Positions 1 through 15,654 of a stretch of 64,000 nt of DNA are shown here, in pieces. Source of the stretch: Chrysomallon squamiferum (Eukaryota > Animalia > Mollusca); contig CM022665.1 in NCBI GenBank assembly GCA_012295275.1, forward strand, positions 40,114,001-40,178,000, in the 5' to 3' direction. Position 1 is the first letter of the stretch. Each line of letters begins with the position of its first letter. Made by a program: the position numbers and the translations under genes. The notes beneath the pieces were generated by a model. The model made no database searches. It saw only the letters and a program-made list of their open reading frames with translations, and was not told where the DNA came from.

Positions 1-206
1 TGTCAATATTTTAATAGATTTAAAATAGTGCTTTCATTTCTGTTAAATGGTTTACTTAAAAGAATTTTTTTTTCTGCTAACTAATAAGAGCATGCATATT
101 TTCTCGATCAGTTTTCATCATAAAACAGAAACTATATCACACGTAACAAAATGTTAAGAATCGAATTTTATGAGGTAAACAATCATTTATTTATTTGTTG
201 TTGCAG

Positions 207-356
207 GAGGACGAGGCTGAGTTACAGAAGGACTCACTGTCAGATGCTCACAGACTCGCGCGACAGCTCACAGTGTGTGAGAAACTCATTCTAGAAAACA
301 CTGTAAAATATGCTGCAAAAGCAAAATCGACAGAAACTTTGGAAAACGGCAGCTAG
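207..356 (+). CDS. Terminal coding exon of an unidentified gene entering from the left
   Basis: Acceptor ttgttgcag|GAG, then 49 open codons (EDEAELQKDSLSDAHRLARQLTVCEKLILENTVKYAAKAKSTETLENGS) and TAG. Followed by AT-rich UTR-like DNA with AATAAA near 1800 and 2192. Confidence 0.6.
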   Translation, partial: EDEAELQKDSLSDAHRLARQLTVCEKLILENTVKYAAKAKSTETLENGS

Positions 357-3116
357 CACTCGTCGCTTGTTTAGTTTATAATGGAACTGTTTTTAGAAGA
401 TAAAAAAATTGTTCATATTGAACTCCTTTTAACTTGGTTATAGTCTAAAAAATAATAATAAAAATTCAAAAATATACAATAAATGGTGAAAGTTTAAAAC
501 ATCAGATTAACTCTTTGCACAAACCCAGAATTTATATGCTGATCCATTGAGAGTTTTATAGACAAATTTATCCACTTAGTGAATAGTGTAACTGGTTGTG
601 AAAGTAAACTATACCTTGGCCTGTTGACTTGTGCACAACACCTTTTAAATAATTTATTATCTAAAAAGTAAACAGCTTTATTTTTGCATACATTTATCAA
701 CCATTTTGTCCTGATTTTAAAAATGATCATAGTTTATTTGTCCAAAAATGATTACTCTGTAATTATAATATTACACTGGTCCACTTCACTTACTCTACTG
801 TGTTGAACAAATTCATCAGCATTATAAACTGGGGACATTATCTATCTAGTCAATTGAATAAACTTTGAATTATTGAACCATTTTGTCTACATTTTAAAAT
901 ATAAATTTTGGATCTATATTAATTTTGTATTTCTTTAAGTGTGTGTGTGTGTGTGTGTGATTGTTTTTTTTACAGGAAATAAATATAATTTCTTAACATT
1001 TCAGAAGATATGTGTAATGTCCGATTCACTCATGAAAATGGTAATGTAATACTGCAAGTAGATCATTGTCTGGCCCCCTAGTGAAAGAGAATTTAAGGAG
1101 GGAGGGTGCATGATGATAGACCAGTGCAAGCACCAAAACCCATATTTCCTGTAACATATATACATATGTGTAAAATATATATAATTTTTTGGGGTATACC
1201 TACACTTTATCAATTTTTTAAATTAAATAGTTCCAGGGGTAACAGCCATTTTTATTTTATATATATATTTTTTTTATATATACGTGGCTTATATAATGTG
1301 AATTGTTATTGCGGAGAATATTGCTTGTTTGTAGACAGCTACAGTCATCATTACACCAGCATTTGCTCAAAATTTAGAACTATGATAAATCTCTGAAGAT
1401 GAGACAAGCTATTCAACATAACACATCTAACTGTAGTTATATATTTTTATAGTTAGATATATTTAATACTGCAAAAATTGACTTTTTAGGAAAGTGTATT
1501 TTATATTGAAATTTTAAAAGCTCACATATTCAGTAGTATGAATTGTTGCTTTTCAACATTAAACTGGATTGAAACTTTTATGTTTAAGTCATATATGTTA
1601 TACACTGGAGTGTGTTTATGTATGTATGTATGTGTGTGTGTGTGAGTATGTGTTTATATATACATATAGTTTTTATTGTTTATTTTTATTATACCAAATG
1701 TATATTTCCTTTTTTGCTGTGATTTGCGTGGCTTGTAGAAGATACCTGTGTAATTATACTTCATTCTTAAATATAAACAGAAATGTGTTTTCATAAGTTA
1801 ATAAACACTTTTACGTCATGGTTAAATGTTTTGTCATTTTATATATAACCTTTTTTTTTTTTTTTTTTTTTTTTTTCTTGATTGTTACCACTGGCTGGAT
1901 TAAAGATGAAATTTTGCAATTATAGGATTTGTTATCTGTTTTAAAATTCAATTTATCCAGGTATATTTGTAGTGTTTTTGTATTTTGGTCATTTTATTTT
2001 TTTAAAAAGCTGCCTTAAAACAAAAATAATATCCATTTACAAATACTTTTTTCTTTCAGTTTTCTTTTTTTTGTTTTCTTTTTCAAAAAATGAAGTTACA
2101 ATCATTATATTTTATAAAGTAAATGCTGAGAAAATATATAAATAACCATATTTTACATTGCTACAGATTCTTTATTATTATTATTACGTAAAATAAAATG
2201 AAAATGCATTTAACTGCTATATATTGTCTTTATTTATTTTTAAAAAGACTCCCACCAAGAAACCGCGATGAAAATTTATTCTCATCACAATATATTTATT
2301 AATAATTACCCCCAAAATCACATAAGATGTTCAGATAAAAATATTTAGATTCAGTTACATATTTGTTGAATTATAATTTTTATTATTATTTTTTATTTTT
2401 TTCGTTTTATTTTGTAATAGTAGTAGCAATAAAAGATATAATATTTTATGTCTACATTTAACCATGTTTGTCCCAGAAATGTATTTTTAAATTATGAATA
2501 AACCACATTCTTTCTAAACCTAAATCAATATTGTATTAGTTATAATACGAAATAAACGCACACACCTATTTCCTTTATGTTTATCATTTATTCTTGAACA
2601 ATATAGGGAAAATACTCAATTTTGATTGCATAATCGACCAGTCTGAAGTTGAATAATATACACCCATCAAACTTGCAGAGATGTTTATTTGTATTTATAA
2701 ATGAAAATACGTTTTTCAGTTGTAAATACCATTAAAAATTAAATTAAATTGGATTTATCACTCAAGTCGATCGTACGTAGCCTACCTGAAAATTGAAACG
2801 TTTCTTCTTCTTCTTGTTTTTTTTTTTTTTTTTTTTTTCATGGAAGTAAAGAGCGGAACGACGATGTAACAATAAAAATATTATTATTATTATTATTCGT
2901 TTCTTTAGTCTTGGTGAAAAATTACTATTTTTTTTTTTTTTTTTTTTTTTTATCATAATAATGATCATTGTTAAAACAGAAATGCCGCCTCGATAAAGTG
3001 GTATTAATGCATTATTTCAAATAAAAGAACGTGTCTGAATATAAAATGAAGTGGGGTTGTACCATAGAAGTGACTTATGTCTCATTTCTTCAAATTTATA
3101 TATATATTTTTTTTTT

Positions 3117-3148
<32 letters not shown>

Positions 3149-3240
3149 TTTATTTATGTTATTTTTTTTTATTATTTATTATTATGTTTTTTCCCACGTC
3201 CCTTAGGACTCACTCCCACACGGACAACAACTGCAGTAAC

Positions 3241-3281
<41 letters not shown>

Positions 3282-3344
3282 CATTGAAACAAATTAATTC
3301 TGACTGTTACTTCAGAGAATTTGGCTTGTACATTTTTTAATTTT

Positions 3345-3530
3345 CTTTAGCATCAGTGGATCTATTTTAATCGTCTTTTCAAAGAGAGGAAAGGACATAC
3401 CACTGTATGTGATGTACGAATCACAAGACACTGGCTTGGACAGTAGAAGAAGACCCATTTGTCTGTCTTCAGAACTCGATTCTAAATTGACCGCGCACCA
3501 AGTAACCGCGCTTTGCTACTGGAGCTAAGC
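3345..3530 (-). mobile_element. Decayed tRNA-derived SINE (molluscan Nin/Deu-domain type)
   Basis: Minus strand begins TAGCTCCAGTAGCAAAGCG (A-box-like) with a B-box-like GAATCGAGTTC. The body resembles the copies at 10285-10415 and 56910-57110. Family assignment is from memory. Confidence 0.55.
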
Positions 3531-4329
3531 CTTGTTCTGTCCTGAGCCCAAGTCTACTAGAAATACTAATAAATTACAAGTAAAAGACTTCACGCAAACT
3601 TCTGTCCACCTGCCGAGCAGTACATTGTTATGTTAACGATGATGTTGTAATAGTCAATTGGTGCTTGCCACGTTTCTTTTCTTTCTTAACCAAACAAAAA
3701 TAAATCACACGTAACCGGTAAGTGAAATAAAACCAAAGACTGCATCCCCAAGTGTTACATACAGATATACTTCGTACCGTTTGGTTATAACTGTGTGTTA
3801 ATGGAGGTGATATTTTCAATATATTCTTGTTTGTCAATATCCACCTCATTAAACCTGTCTATTTACATTTGATGTTTACTCTGGAATTGCAAACCCAGGA
3901 GACTGTCACAGTTAAACGAACCTGCAAATAGATGGGGTTTATAATGCATAACGAACTGGAAAGCAAAACGCTATAGAATTAAATGTAATGGGCGAGCTCG
4001 CATAATTGTGTTTAAATGGTTTCAAGGCTGAAGTACTTTTTAAGATAGTGCACGAAGTTTACTTTACTTGCTCGCTCGACCTTTCAAAATATCATGTTTC
4101 TGTGGGGGTTTTTAAAAATTATTTCTAAGAAAAGTAGACACTGGCAGTGCAGCCTTCATGATAAAACTCACGCTTGAAGTTTCAGAGTCTCAAAGAGAAG
4201 TGCACGTACTATTAAGCCTGATTTAACGCAGATGCTGAGATTAATGTTTTTATTTAACAAGATGATGGACGATTTTACCTTGATGATCTGTCTTTACTCG
4301 AATGGTGAATTCTTTAATATCGAATGACG

Positions 4330-4360
<31 letters not shown>

Positions 4361-4514
4361 TACTCAAATGGTGATCTGTCTTTAATGATGTTCTCTTGGC
4401 ATTCAAGGAAAGGAAATTAGAGGAGCTCTACAGACAAGTTTTCTTGCTCTGAAATAACTCAGAATTTAATATTTGAAACTTTGATAACATTTCAACGTAT
4501 TAAACTAATTTCAG

Positions 4515-4835
4515 CCAATTTAATTAAGGATATACCGCGAGTTAGAACAATGCAGAGTGAAAGATTGTTTCAAATGGGAAATCTGACACATCGGCGAGTG
4601 GCCATCTTGCTGAAAAAACCTCCAGAACAGAGAGATTCTGTCGAGATCGAAATTGTAAAAGAGTGGCTGAAGAAGAAAAGTCAGTTGTTGAACGGCATAC
4701 AAGCGGGTAAGAGGAATGAACAAACGAACGAACGAACGAATCAACCAACCAGACTGTCTACGAATGAATGAATTAATATTTGTATACTTTAATATTTATT
4801 GTTTTAGATAACAGATATGTTTCTGATATAACGAT

Positions 4836-4925
<90 letters not shown>

Positions 4926-5350
4926 CACATCATAAAGTAACCATCAATTATCAGCAACGGATTTTTTTTTATGTAAACCTACCCATATGCAGGAAAGAAG
5001 AACATACAATGATGTTTTATGAAACATTTGTTAGGTACTGGCTGAAAATAAAAATAATCCATTGAAAACATTGATGTTGAGTTAATGAGACAAGTTTAAA
5101 AATATCGTTTTTTCCTGTTTGGTCAAGTTGTGTATAAAGGATCCCTGTTAATGATAACCAATAGTGCTATTCTGGTAGGTGTTCACTTTTGTATCATCAT
5201 CATATCATCATTGTTGTTGATGTTTTTGTTGTAGTTGTTATGATTAATATTAAAATTCGCTGAAATATTATTAATACATATTATTGCATTCATTCAGTTC
5301 CAGAGATTTATCTGGAAATAATGATCAAAGACAGACGCGTTTAAAAAAAT

Positions 5351-5387
<37 letters not shown>

Positions 5388-6839
5388 CTACACATAAACA
5401 TACACAGATAAATAAATTGACAATAAAAAAAAAAATAATAATAATAATAAAAAAATAAAAATAATAAATAATTAATGATGATGATGATGATAAAAATAAT
5501 AATAAATAGAAATGGGTGTCCGATTTGCGCTTTCTTCTTGGATCCATCTTTGGGCGACAACATGTTTTCATACGTCATCTTTTGAAAAGCTAAATTTCCT
5601 ACATTGCTTCTTAATTAGATAAATTAGTTTATAAATACGAAAATAAATCAACTGACTATTACTGAGGCAAAATATTTAAACAATTCCGCATCTCGAAAAA
5701 TATAATTATTATAAATACAACGACACAACACAATACGTGTTTACTTGTACCGTGAATACATACTTCTTTTGCTTTATTCTGTTTCAGAAAGAATTTCCAA
5801 ACCGCGTCTCAAAATGAGAAACGTTTTCTCTGTCTGGACATTTTTTTTTTTTTTTTTTTTTTTTCATGCTAATATAATCATTTTCTAGAAATGTGCCCAT
5901 GATTAATTTCATAGGTATCGTCGAAATTAGATTAGAAATTACAAAATCAATATTAATATGCATTTTAGATCAGTCGATCATGTGCAGTTAAACTGAAAAT
6001 CGTTTACCGCGCAGGCAGACTTCGGGAATAATTAATCGACTGGTCAAAACCAAAACAGCGCACCTCCGCACGTTTCCCCGTAATTAATCACAGAACATTG
6101 ATTGTAATTCTGTGATCATGGTCTAATTTAGAGGCCGTCTGCGTTCTTTCCCACAAACACGTTTTGCACGTGCATTATTATTAATATAGCTTTCTTTTTT
6201 TATATAGCCTTGACGTTGTTGTAGTCAGTCGTTTCCTTGTCATTGTGTTATTATTGCAAGTTGTTGTTGCTGTTGTTGCTGCCATTATCATTTTCGTCAT
6301 TACAGTTATTTTTTTCTAATGACGCTGCTGTTGCTGTTACAGATAATAAAATGCTTAATCAAACAGCATCGAATATTAAAATTATCTTTTCCTTTATTTT
6401 TTTCCTGAATCTTTGACATGTCAAAACATTTTATTAATTTATTTATTTATTTAACTTGTTTGAATTATTCTTAGGAAAAAAAAATAATAATAATAAGAAG
6501 AAGAAGAAGTAAATAAATAAATAATCTAAAAAGAAAAACAAAATTCTGTTTTAGTTTCCATTAATGAATTTATTGGCAAATTTTGTTCATTTACACTGAA
6601 TATTGTGAGCATAACTTTCAATGTGTAGCTTAATTATTAATTAGAAAAACAAAGAAATAAATAATAATTGTCCCACTCTCTTCTAAATCACCGTATTGTT
6701 TTCTCTAAGTTTATTTTTAATTATTTTATTATTTTTTATTATTATTATTATTTTCTTCTTTTTTTTTTAAATTTATTTATTTATTTATTTATTATTATTT
6801 TAGGGTTGTTTTCTTTTTCTTATTATATTTGTTCAATTG

Positions 6840-6871
<32 letters not shown>

Positions 6872-7175
6872 GTTGTTGTTGTTGTTGTTTTTTTTTGTTT
6901 TTTTTTTTGTTTTGTTTTTTTCTTTTTTATTTGTTCTGTTTTTGTTTGACATTGTGTTGTTATTTAGGAAAGAAAAATCCTAATTTTAGAGTACTATCGA
7001 TTATACGCACTTAATTTCCTTTTCTTCTCGAATCGAGCACAACAAATGATGTCAAGTTTACGTTATACATTTTCTGATTCATTTCAGACGTCTTACACGA
7101 TGTTGTGAAGCACTGTGAATACATGAAAGCGGTAACCAATGACGTCATCATTAAACAGGGAGAACCAGGCAAATG
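4515..7175 (+). CDS. Cyclic nucleotide-binding domain protein (CNBD1/2-like), two exons, incomplete
   Basis: Exons 4515-4706 (ATG at 4550) and 7088-7175 have AG/GT sites and matching phase 1: ...RRVAILLKKPPEQRDSVEIEIVKEWLKKKSQLLNGIQA|DVLHDVVKHCEYMKAVTNDVIIKQGEPGK. The IIxQGxxG motif marks the start of a cNMP-binding domain. Confidence 0.8.
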
Positions 7176-9039
7176 GTAAGAATGGCTTTGTGTTTCTCTC
7201 TAGATTTATGTTCTTGTTCTCTCTTGTTCAGTTTTATTTTATTATTATGACTGTTAGTCATTATATTTTTCTTCTTCTCTTGTTTCTCTTCTTTTTCTTG
7301 TTATCGTTCTTGTTGTTGTTGCTATTATTGTTATTATTATTATTATATATATTTTTTAAATTCATTATACGATCACCTTTGTTGTTACTATTAAGGTTAA
7401 GCAACTGTTGTTTTCGTATTTTTTCTGTTCACGCAAAATTCTATTTGTTTTGCATCCTTACGAATATGTTTCTCACGCAAATTGTTTAACCAAGCATATA
7501 CTCAATGTGTCATCTGATTTATTATTATTATCCGTAATGTTACATGACATGTATAAAATACAACTCCTTAATAACATCTAAGGCACGTAGACCACGCACG
7601 TGGACATTCTATACAGAAGGGAGTTTTGTGAAACCAAGACCCACCCGATTCCCGATTCCGATAGGTGTCAATTAACAGGGTATTCATACTTGGAACTGTC
7701 CTGGTGAGATTGAGGCTAAATGTCACATTAAAACTGGTAATTACAATAAAATACAATTAATGAACAGTAGTGTCAAATACATTAATTAGTAACCTTATTA
7801 TTTTTGTCAGCTGGATGTCGTAGACGAAGTCATGTTGTGTCGTAGACTGCTTTAGCCTACACGATAGTATCGCACAATGGCTGACCTGTCAGATCACAAT
7901 GTCTTGCGATTCTGGTATAAACAGAAAAACAACTGAATTAAAACGTAGGCTATGTCAAATGCGGGTGGGATAAATCTGCGGTTCATTTTGATTGTGAAGT
8001 AAAAACTCATTCTTTAAGTTACATCCACCACAATAACAGCGCACCTCACTTTCTGAAGCCATGGTTACCCCCTCTGATAAAGTAAAAGGCAAAAGATTTC
8101 TTTTGTTTGAGAAATCGTAAATTTGCCCTTTCTAAAGACAGTGAAAACTAAGAATATATTAGTATCAGTCGTTGCTTTGATACAAATATTCTTGGTTATA
8201 TTCCAATCGATATATCTTTACAAAAAAGTACTTTTAAGTTTAGGCAACCAGTTATGACGTTATCGAGAAACTGATGACGTCCATTCATCTGTGGTTTAAT
8301 GTCAGACTGGTTCGGAACTTTTTTGCTTTTTAAAAGAGTACATTTTATACATTTACAAACATGTAACTCTAGAAAAACGTATGTATTTTGTTAGTCTAAC
8401 TAATCATCTTTAATTCATATTTGTAGTATAAATTATTAATTATTGCTTTTAGTAATATAAATATTTAATTATTATTTTCAGTAATATGAATTATTTATTA
8501 TTAATTTTTTCCTGATCGATGATAATTACACTGTTAATTACATTTATTGATACTTTTGATAAGCAACTAACGTACAGATTTTATTCAGCCCGTGTTACCG
8601 CTGTGTAGTTTTAAATTTAATTCATGTCGTAGTCTCCTCACCCTCCATACTATTCTGCAGACTGATGTTACCATTTTTACATATTGAAAATATTTGATCT
8701 AGAAGGCGTAGTTCGCTATCAATTTCAGGGCAGCTCGGTGGAGTAGTTTAAGCGCTATATGATGTCTACTCTGATCGATTCAGCTAAGTCAGGCCATAAC
8801 TTAATCTTACTTGTTTATATATAAAACACAATTTCGTCTGAACATTTGCACGAACTGATAAAATATTACTCTAACGGAGCCATACTGATTCGCACTGTAT
8901 ACTGTTTTTCCTGATCAAACACTCCAAAGCTGTCTACAAAATAAGTACATTCATTGCAAAGCCATCAGCAAGGCAGGGTTAAGATCTCTCAGGACGCATT
9001 AAGCACTAAAAAAATTAGTCTCTGTGGGGTTTTTGTGTA

Positions 9040-9088
<49 letters not shown>

Positions 9089-9451
9089 TCAAAATATAAA
9101 CAATAATAAATTATAATTTTTATCATTGTATTTAATTTATATGTATGTATGTTGTTGTTGTTGTTTATTTATTGTTGGGGCCCGCATTTGTGGACCCTGG
9201 TTCAGCTTCACCATTTGGAGATTTTGAACCATATTTTATTTATTTTGCTTAATCCAATCTTAGGCGAGAACAAACGAACTAACGTACGTACGAAGGAATA
9301 GGGTGAACAGACGTACGAACGAACGAAACAAATTTATGAATTTATGGTTGACACCAAATGAACGAATGACTGGAAATTGTGTTATTTAATATAAGTGAGA
9401 CTTTTATACTATCAGTTCTGTGCTAAAGATGATTTTCGATGATAATATAGT

Positions 9452-9651
9452 NNNNNNNNNNNNNNNNNNNNNNNNNNNNNNNNNNNNNNNNNNNNNNNNN
9501 NNNNNNNNNNNNNNNNNNNNNNNNNNNNNNNNNNNNNNNNNNNNNNNNNNNNNNNNNNNNNNNNNNNNNNNNNNNNNNNNNNNNNNNNNNNNNNNNNNNN
9601 NNNNNNNNNNNNNNNNNNNNNNNNNNNNNNNNNNNNNNNNNNNNNNNNNNN
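9452..9651. other. Assembly gap (200 N)
   Basis: Run of exactly 200 N, typical of a scaffolding join. Confidence 0.99.
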
Positions 9652-10284
9652 ACTTCAGCAAATATCCCTCATAGTTATTCTTTTAGCCAATTTCGAGAGC
9701 AACGTAATGATCAGTTTCATTCGATTAGAATAATTTTAACATTTCATTGCTTCATGACTTACAATTTAAAACATTCATTTCTAGCGATAACAGGTTCAGT
9801 AAGAGTCCGTTTCTTTCATTTTATCTGTGTACCTATTTCCGTCATTTTCTCCGTTTTAAATATTAAACACACACATTAAAACACGCACCGCGCACGCATC
9901 CTTTTATTCTGCTGTTGAGTATTTTTTCTAGCGTAGAGTAATATAAGTGTAATTTGTAATTGCTTACGGGCTAAGCACTCAGTACAAATGCAACGACTCT
10001 GCTGTATTCTACGTAAAGTTTTATTATTCATTAAAGTAGAACTTTACAAGACTTTACAAGACTTTATTTTGTTGTGGCTCCTAACAAATATCAAACACCA
10101 TCGTCTTATAAGTTACTGAATACTACACATCGTTTACTGCTGAGAATGTTTATTAATTATTGTTGAAAATGAATGTTTGCGTAACAAAACACAACATATT
10201 TACACATTTTAACGTTAACGGCTAACGGTTATTATCTGTCAGTCGTTTATCTTTTTCTTTTATAATGAAGAAAAGAGGAAAGCG

Positions 10285-10415
10285 GCAACACCATCCACGG
10301 GTTACTCTGATCGGTTAGCAGCGAGGAATCTTTTCTCTGCGTGCTACCATAGAGATAAATGACTTGCCACAGCCTTTTGCAAACCACTGTAATGGAGCAG
10401 TGGTTGTAATGGAAC
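10285..10415 (-). mobile_element. SINE fragment (also present in block copies 2 and 3)
   Basis: gggttactctgatcggttagcagcgaggaatctttt...ccacagcctttt...ggagcagtgg matches the SINE body seen at 3345 and 56910. Confidence 0.5.
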
Positions 10416-10505
10416 ATAGCCTAAAAGGGACCGGTGTGAAAGCTTGATCTCGTCATCTATCACACTGAATATCGATGTTATAATCACCGAGAAATATTCC
10501 GGGTC

Positions 10506-10558
10506 CAGGAGGGGGATCTTCGGGGATTTCCCAGTCGCACAAACACCCTCCCAATTAA

Positions 10559-10589
<31 letters not shown>

Positions 10590-10609
10590 ACAAACAAAAT
10601 AAAAACAAA

Positions 10610-10668
<59 letters not shown>

Positions 10669-11293
10669 GTAAGTAAGTAAGTAAGGGAATAAGTAAATAA
10701 ATAAATAAATAATAATAATAATTATAATAACAACTGATGTCCACAGCAGTGGTGTGTAGAGGGAGGCCGAAGGGGCGGTGGCCCTAGGCACCCAGATGGG
10801 AGGGGCATCCAATCAGAGAAAAGAACTTAATAAATTTGGTTGATTTATATTTAAATCGAATAAAGTGTTTATTTTATGTTTCATCTGTGTTTATATATTC
10901 AAAATACCTGCCTTATACTTGAGATTTTAGGGCATACAGTCAAGGAGTTGGCATCACCAGACCTTTGCACGCCATTGGTCCACAGACATATATATATGCT
11001 CGCTTCCCCTCCTGTAGTTGCACAAGTGACACTGAAGTTGATGTGCGTACAGTCTTTGTTGCATTCGTTTTGAAACTGAGGACAACGTATGACGACATTG
11101 CAGGCGCACATGCTGCTCAGTGTGAACGAAGGCAAGTGACTGTATTAAGTAGCACTGATGTACGCATCAGTTTGAAACAGTTCACAACAAACACTCACTC
11201 ATTCAGTCTCACTCTGTCTCATGTTTCAAATTATAAACGTTTACATATTGCTTTGGAAATCCCCTCCTTACCTAAAGTTTAATCCGCCTCTTG
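10506..11293. mobile_element. Non-autonomous DNA transposon (MITE-like) with GGTC flanking duplication
   Basis: Clearest in copy 2 (41203-41990): ggtc|CAGGGGCGGATT...AATCCGCCTCTTG|ggtc. Copy 3 is at 50476-51236. Confidence 0.55.
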
Positions 11294-11681
11294 GGTCTAT
11301 TACGCAAAAGTGCAAACTTGATTGTATGAGTTTAATTCATATTACGAAGTAAAAAATCAATTACCACGTATATCTGCTGCACCGGTGAAAATTTTGTTGT
11401 GTTTATTTAAAAATGAGTTGAAATAAGCACGTTTATATATGTTTTAAAATAATAATAAAGGTTATGAAAAAAATAAATAAATGTCAAATTGGTACCAGTA
11501 ACATGTACATAACCGTTCAAATAGAAAAATAAATAAATAAATAAATAATATCTTGCTTTAAATTTTGGTAATGATTTGAAAATTACTTGTAAACTGGGAT
11601 TGTATGCAAAATAAATGTCATAGTTATAAATATATTTTTTTTAAAATTACCCCCCAAATAAAATAAACTGGGATTGTATAA

Positions 11682-11727
<46 letters not shown>

Positions 11728-12753
11728 TACAATTTATATTATTGTAAATTATTTTTGGTGCTAAAAATAATAAAGTTTTAAAATGTTTTAAATGATGACA
11801 CTCTTTAAACTTCTGTACTTTTTGAAAACATCTACTATTACCTATGCTTTGGCCCAAATACTAGAATAACAGAAAAACTTATTTTAAAAGCTCTACGTAA
11901 TATTAATAAGTTCAAAGCAGTGAAATGAAAATGTTAAAATCTGCAACTTTATTATAAAAACTACAAGTTTACACCTAGAAAAAAAAACATCTAGAAATAT
12001 TTTAATGACTTCTACGGTGAAGGATCTGTTACGTTCAATACTTTCGGCCGACTTTTCCTTCAGTTCTGAATACAACAGTGTCATTGTTTTGTTATTTATT
12101 TCTGCGCTGTACTTTGTGGGTAATGGTGTCTGTGTGTCTGAGAGATTTTACAAATGTACTCAAATCTGTTATTAAATTCCCTTCAATTTTATGTTAAGCT
12201 GCTAATCGGCATAATGTGCATACTGACCCAATCACTGCGTCTTTGCTCGATCGTCCGTTTATACCTCTGTTTGTGCGTGCGTGTATGCGTCTGTGTGTGT
12301 GAGGGGAATACTTCTCTTTGGGGTTATTTAAAGTAGTATATACTGAAGTTTTGCAACATCCATTACAGAATTACGAAGATGACTGAAGATGAAATAAGCC
12401 TCTTTATTCAGTGAAACAAAATAAACTGAAGCTCAAATGCACACGGGATTTAAGAAATTGATACGCACCGTGCAAATACGTATTTCTGTTTATTTATTTA
12501 AAGCCTATTTTATTGGGACGCATGATTCGAACCATCTTGAAATGTAGTTCGCCAGTCATGAACCCTCCCTAACTACGAGGTTGCAAATTATTTAAATTAT
12601 TACGTTCATATAGTCCATAATAATAAAATAGAAAATAAATCAATAATAAAAGTAAAAATAAATAAATAAATAAAATATAAAAGAAAAAAAAAAAACACAC
12701 ACACACACACACAAAAATAAAAAATAAATTGCATTATGCTTTTTTCTCTTTAA

Positions 12754-14687
<1,934 letters not shown>

Positions 14688-14704
14688 CTTTGTTAATAAG
14701 AGAC

Positions 14705-14754
14705 TGACGTATGTTGACATAGCAACGGCGAAAGGTGACGGAGACGGGCGGGAA
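14705..14754 (-). promoter_or_regulatory. Proximal promoter of paralog 1: CRE-like TGACGT, RFX X-box, GGGCGGGAA box
   Basis: TGACGT at 14705-14710, GTTGACATAGCAAC at 14713-14726 (X-box consensus GTTGCCATRGYAAC), GGGCGGGAA at 14746-14754; 18-67 bp upstream of the ATG. Confidence 0.6.
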
Positions 14755-15452
14755 TAGACAACTTTTCGAAAAGGTGTGGCGTTATTTTTACTATTTTATT
14801 TTCATTTTATTCCATTATTATATTATTTATTCCATAATATCTAAGAAATTCTGGTTTACTGTTATAATATTCGTGAGAATTAAAACGCATTAAATAAGTT
14901 AGCAAATACTCTCAATTAGTTGAGATACATGTACATGCATATAATCTCGAAACAAAATAAAATAAAAGAACTATAAACAAAGAAAAAAAATCAGAAACGC
15001 TTAACTAAATGCAATGGAATATTCAAATCATGGCGAAATGTAATCCAACATAAATCACAACATTTGTGGCAATAGGGACATTTGTAAATGCTCATAAGTG
15101 AACTATTTTAACATGGTTGCCATTTTTGCTAAAATTAATAACCGGATATTTACTTCGTTTTACAATCGTTTCTTCAAAATACATATAATACTGTTTACAT
15201 TCTTCATATTGTTCTTGCCCACAATCATTAACACCGTATGGTGAATAATAATGTCAAAAAAAATATTTAAAAAAATAAAAATAAAAATAAAATAAAATAA
15301 AAGAGAGGAATTTTTCCAAAATTTCATAATGGTAATGACAGCAGAAGTTTTAAAATGATCATGCGTTTTCACTGAACCATAGACTTGGGGCCACGTGACA
15401 GCGATGGAACTTAATACAGCAGAGTCGGCGGAGACTCAGCGTCTGTCTACTG

Positions 15453-15650
15453 CAGTGGTTCTCAGCGGGTGCGCCCGGAGACGTATTTAGCTGTGCCCCA
15501 CGAAATTCTAGGATCTAGGTAGATATTTGCGATGATAAAAATTTGATTATGTTAAGAGCGGAAAGATATCCAGTAAGAAATAGCCGGTTACCCGGAAGAA
15601 AATTTTATACACGTTATAAACTCGTGATGAGCTGACGAGCAAGCGCGGCT
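15453..15650. mobile_element. hAT (Charlie-like) terminus at the end of block copy 1
   Basis: CAGTGGTTCTCAGCGGGTGCGCCC starts exactly where homology to copy 3 (55854) stops. No clear partner TIR found. Confidence 0.45.
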
Positions 15651-15654
15651 GCTC

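Noticed and set aside
3470-3530. tRNA gene
   Set aside because: A/B-box-like head is degenerate and continues into a SINE body.
2762-7489. Poly-I/L/F/Y/K ORFs in the ORF track here and throughout the window
   Set aside because: Translations of (TAT)n, (TTTA)n, (GA)n, (CA)n and homopolymer runs.
10899-11282. Short ORFs repeated in all three blocks
   Set aside because: They lie inside the MITE-like element, their frames and ends differ among copies, and they lack splice support.
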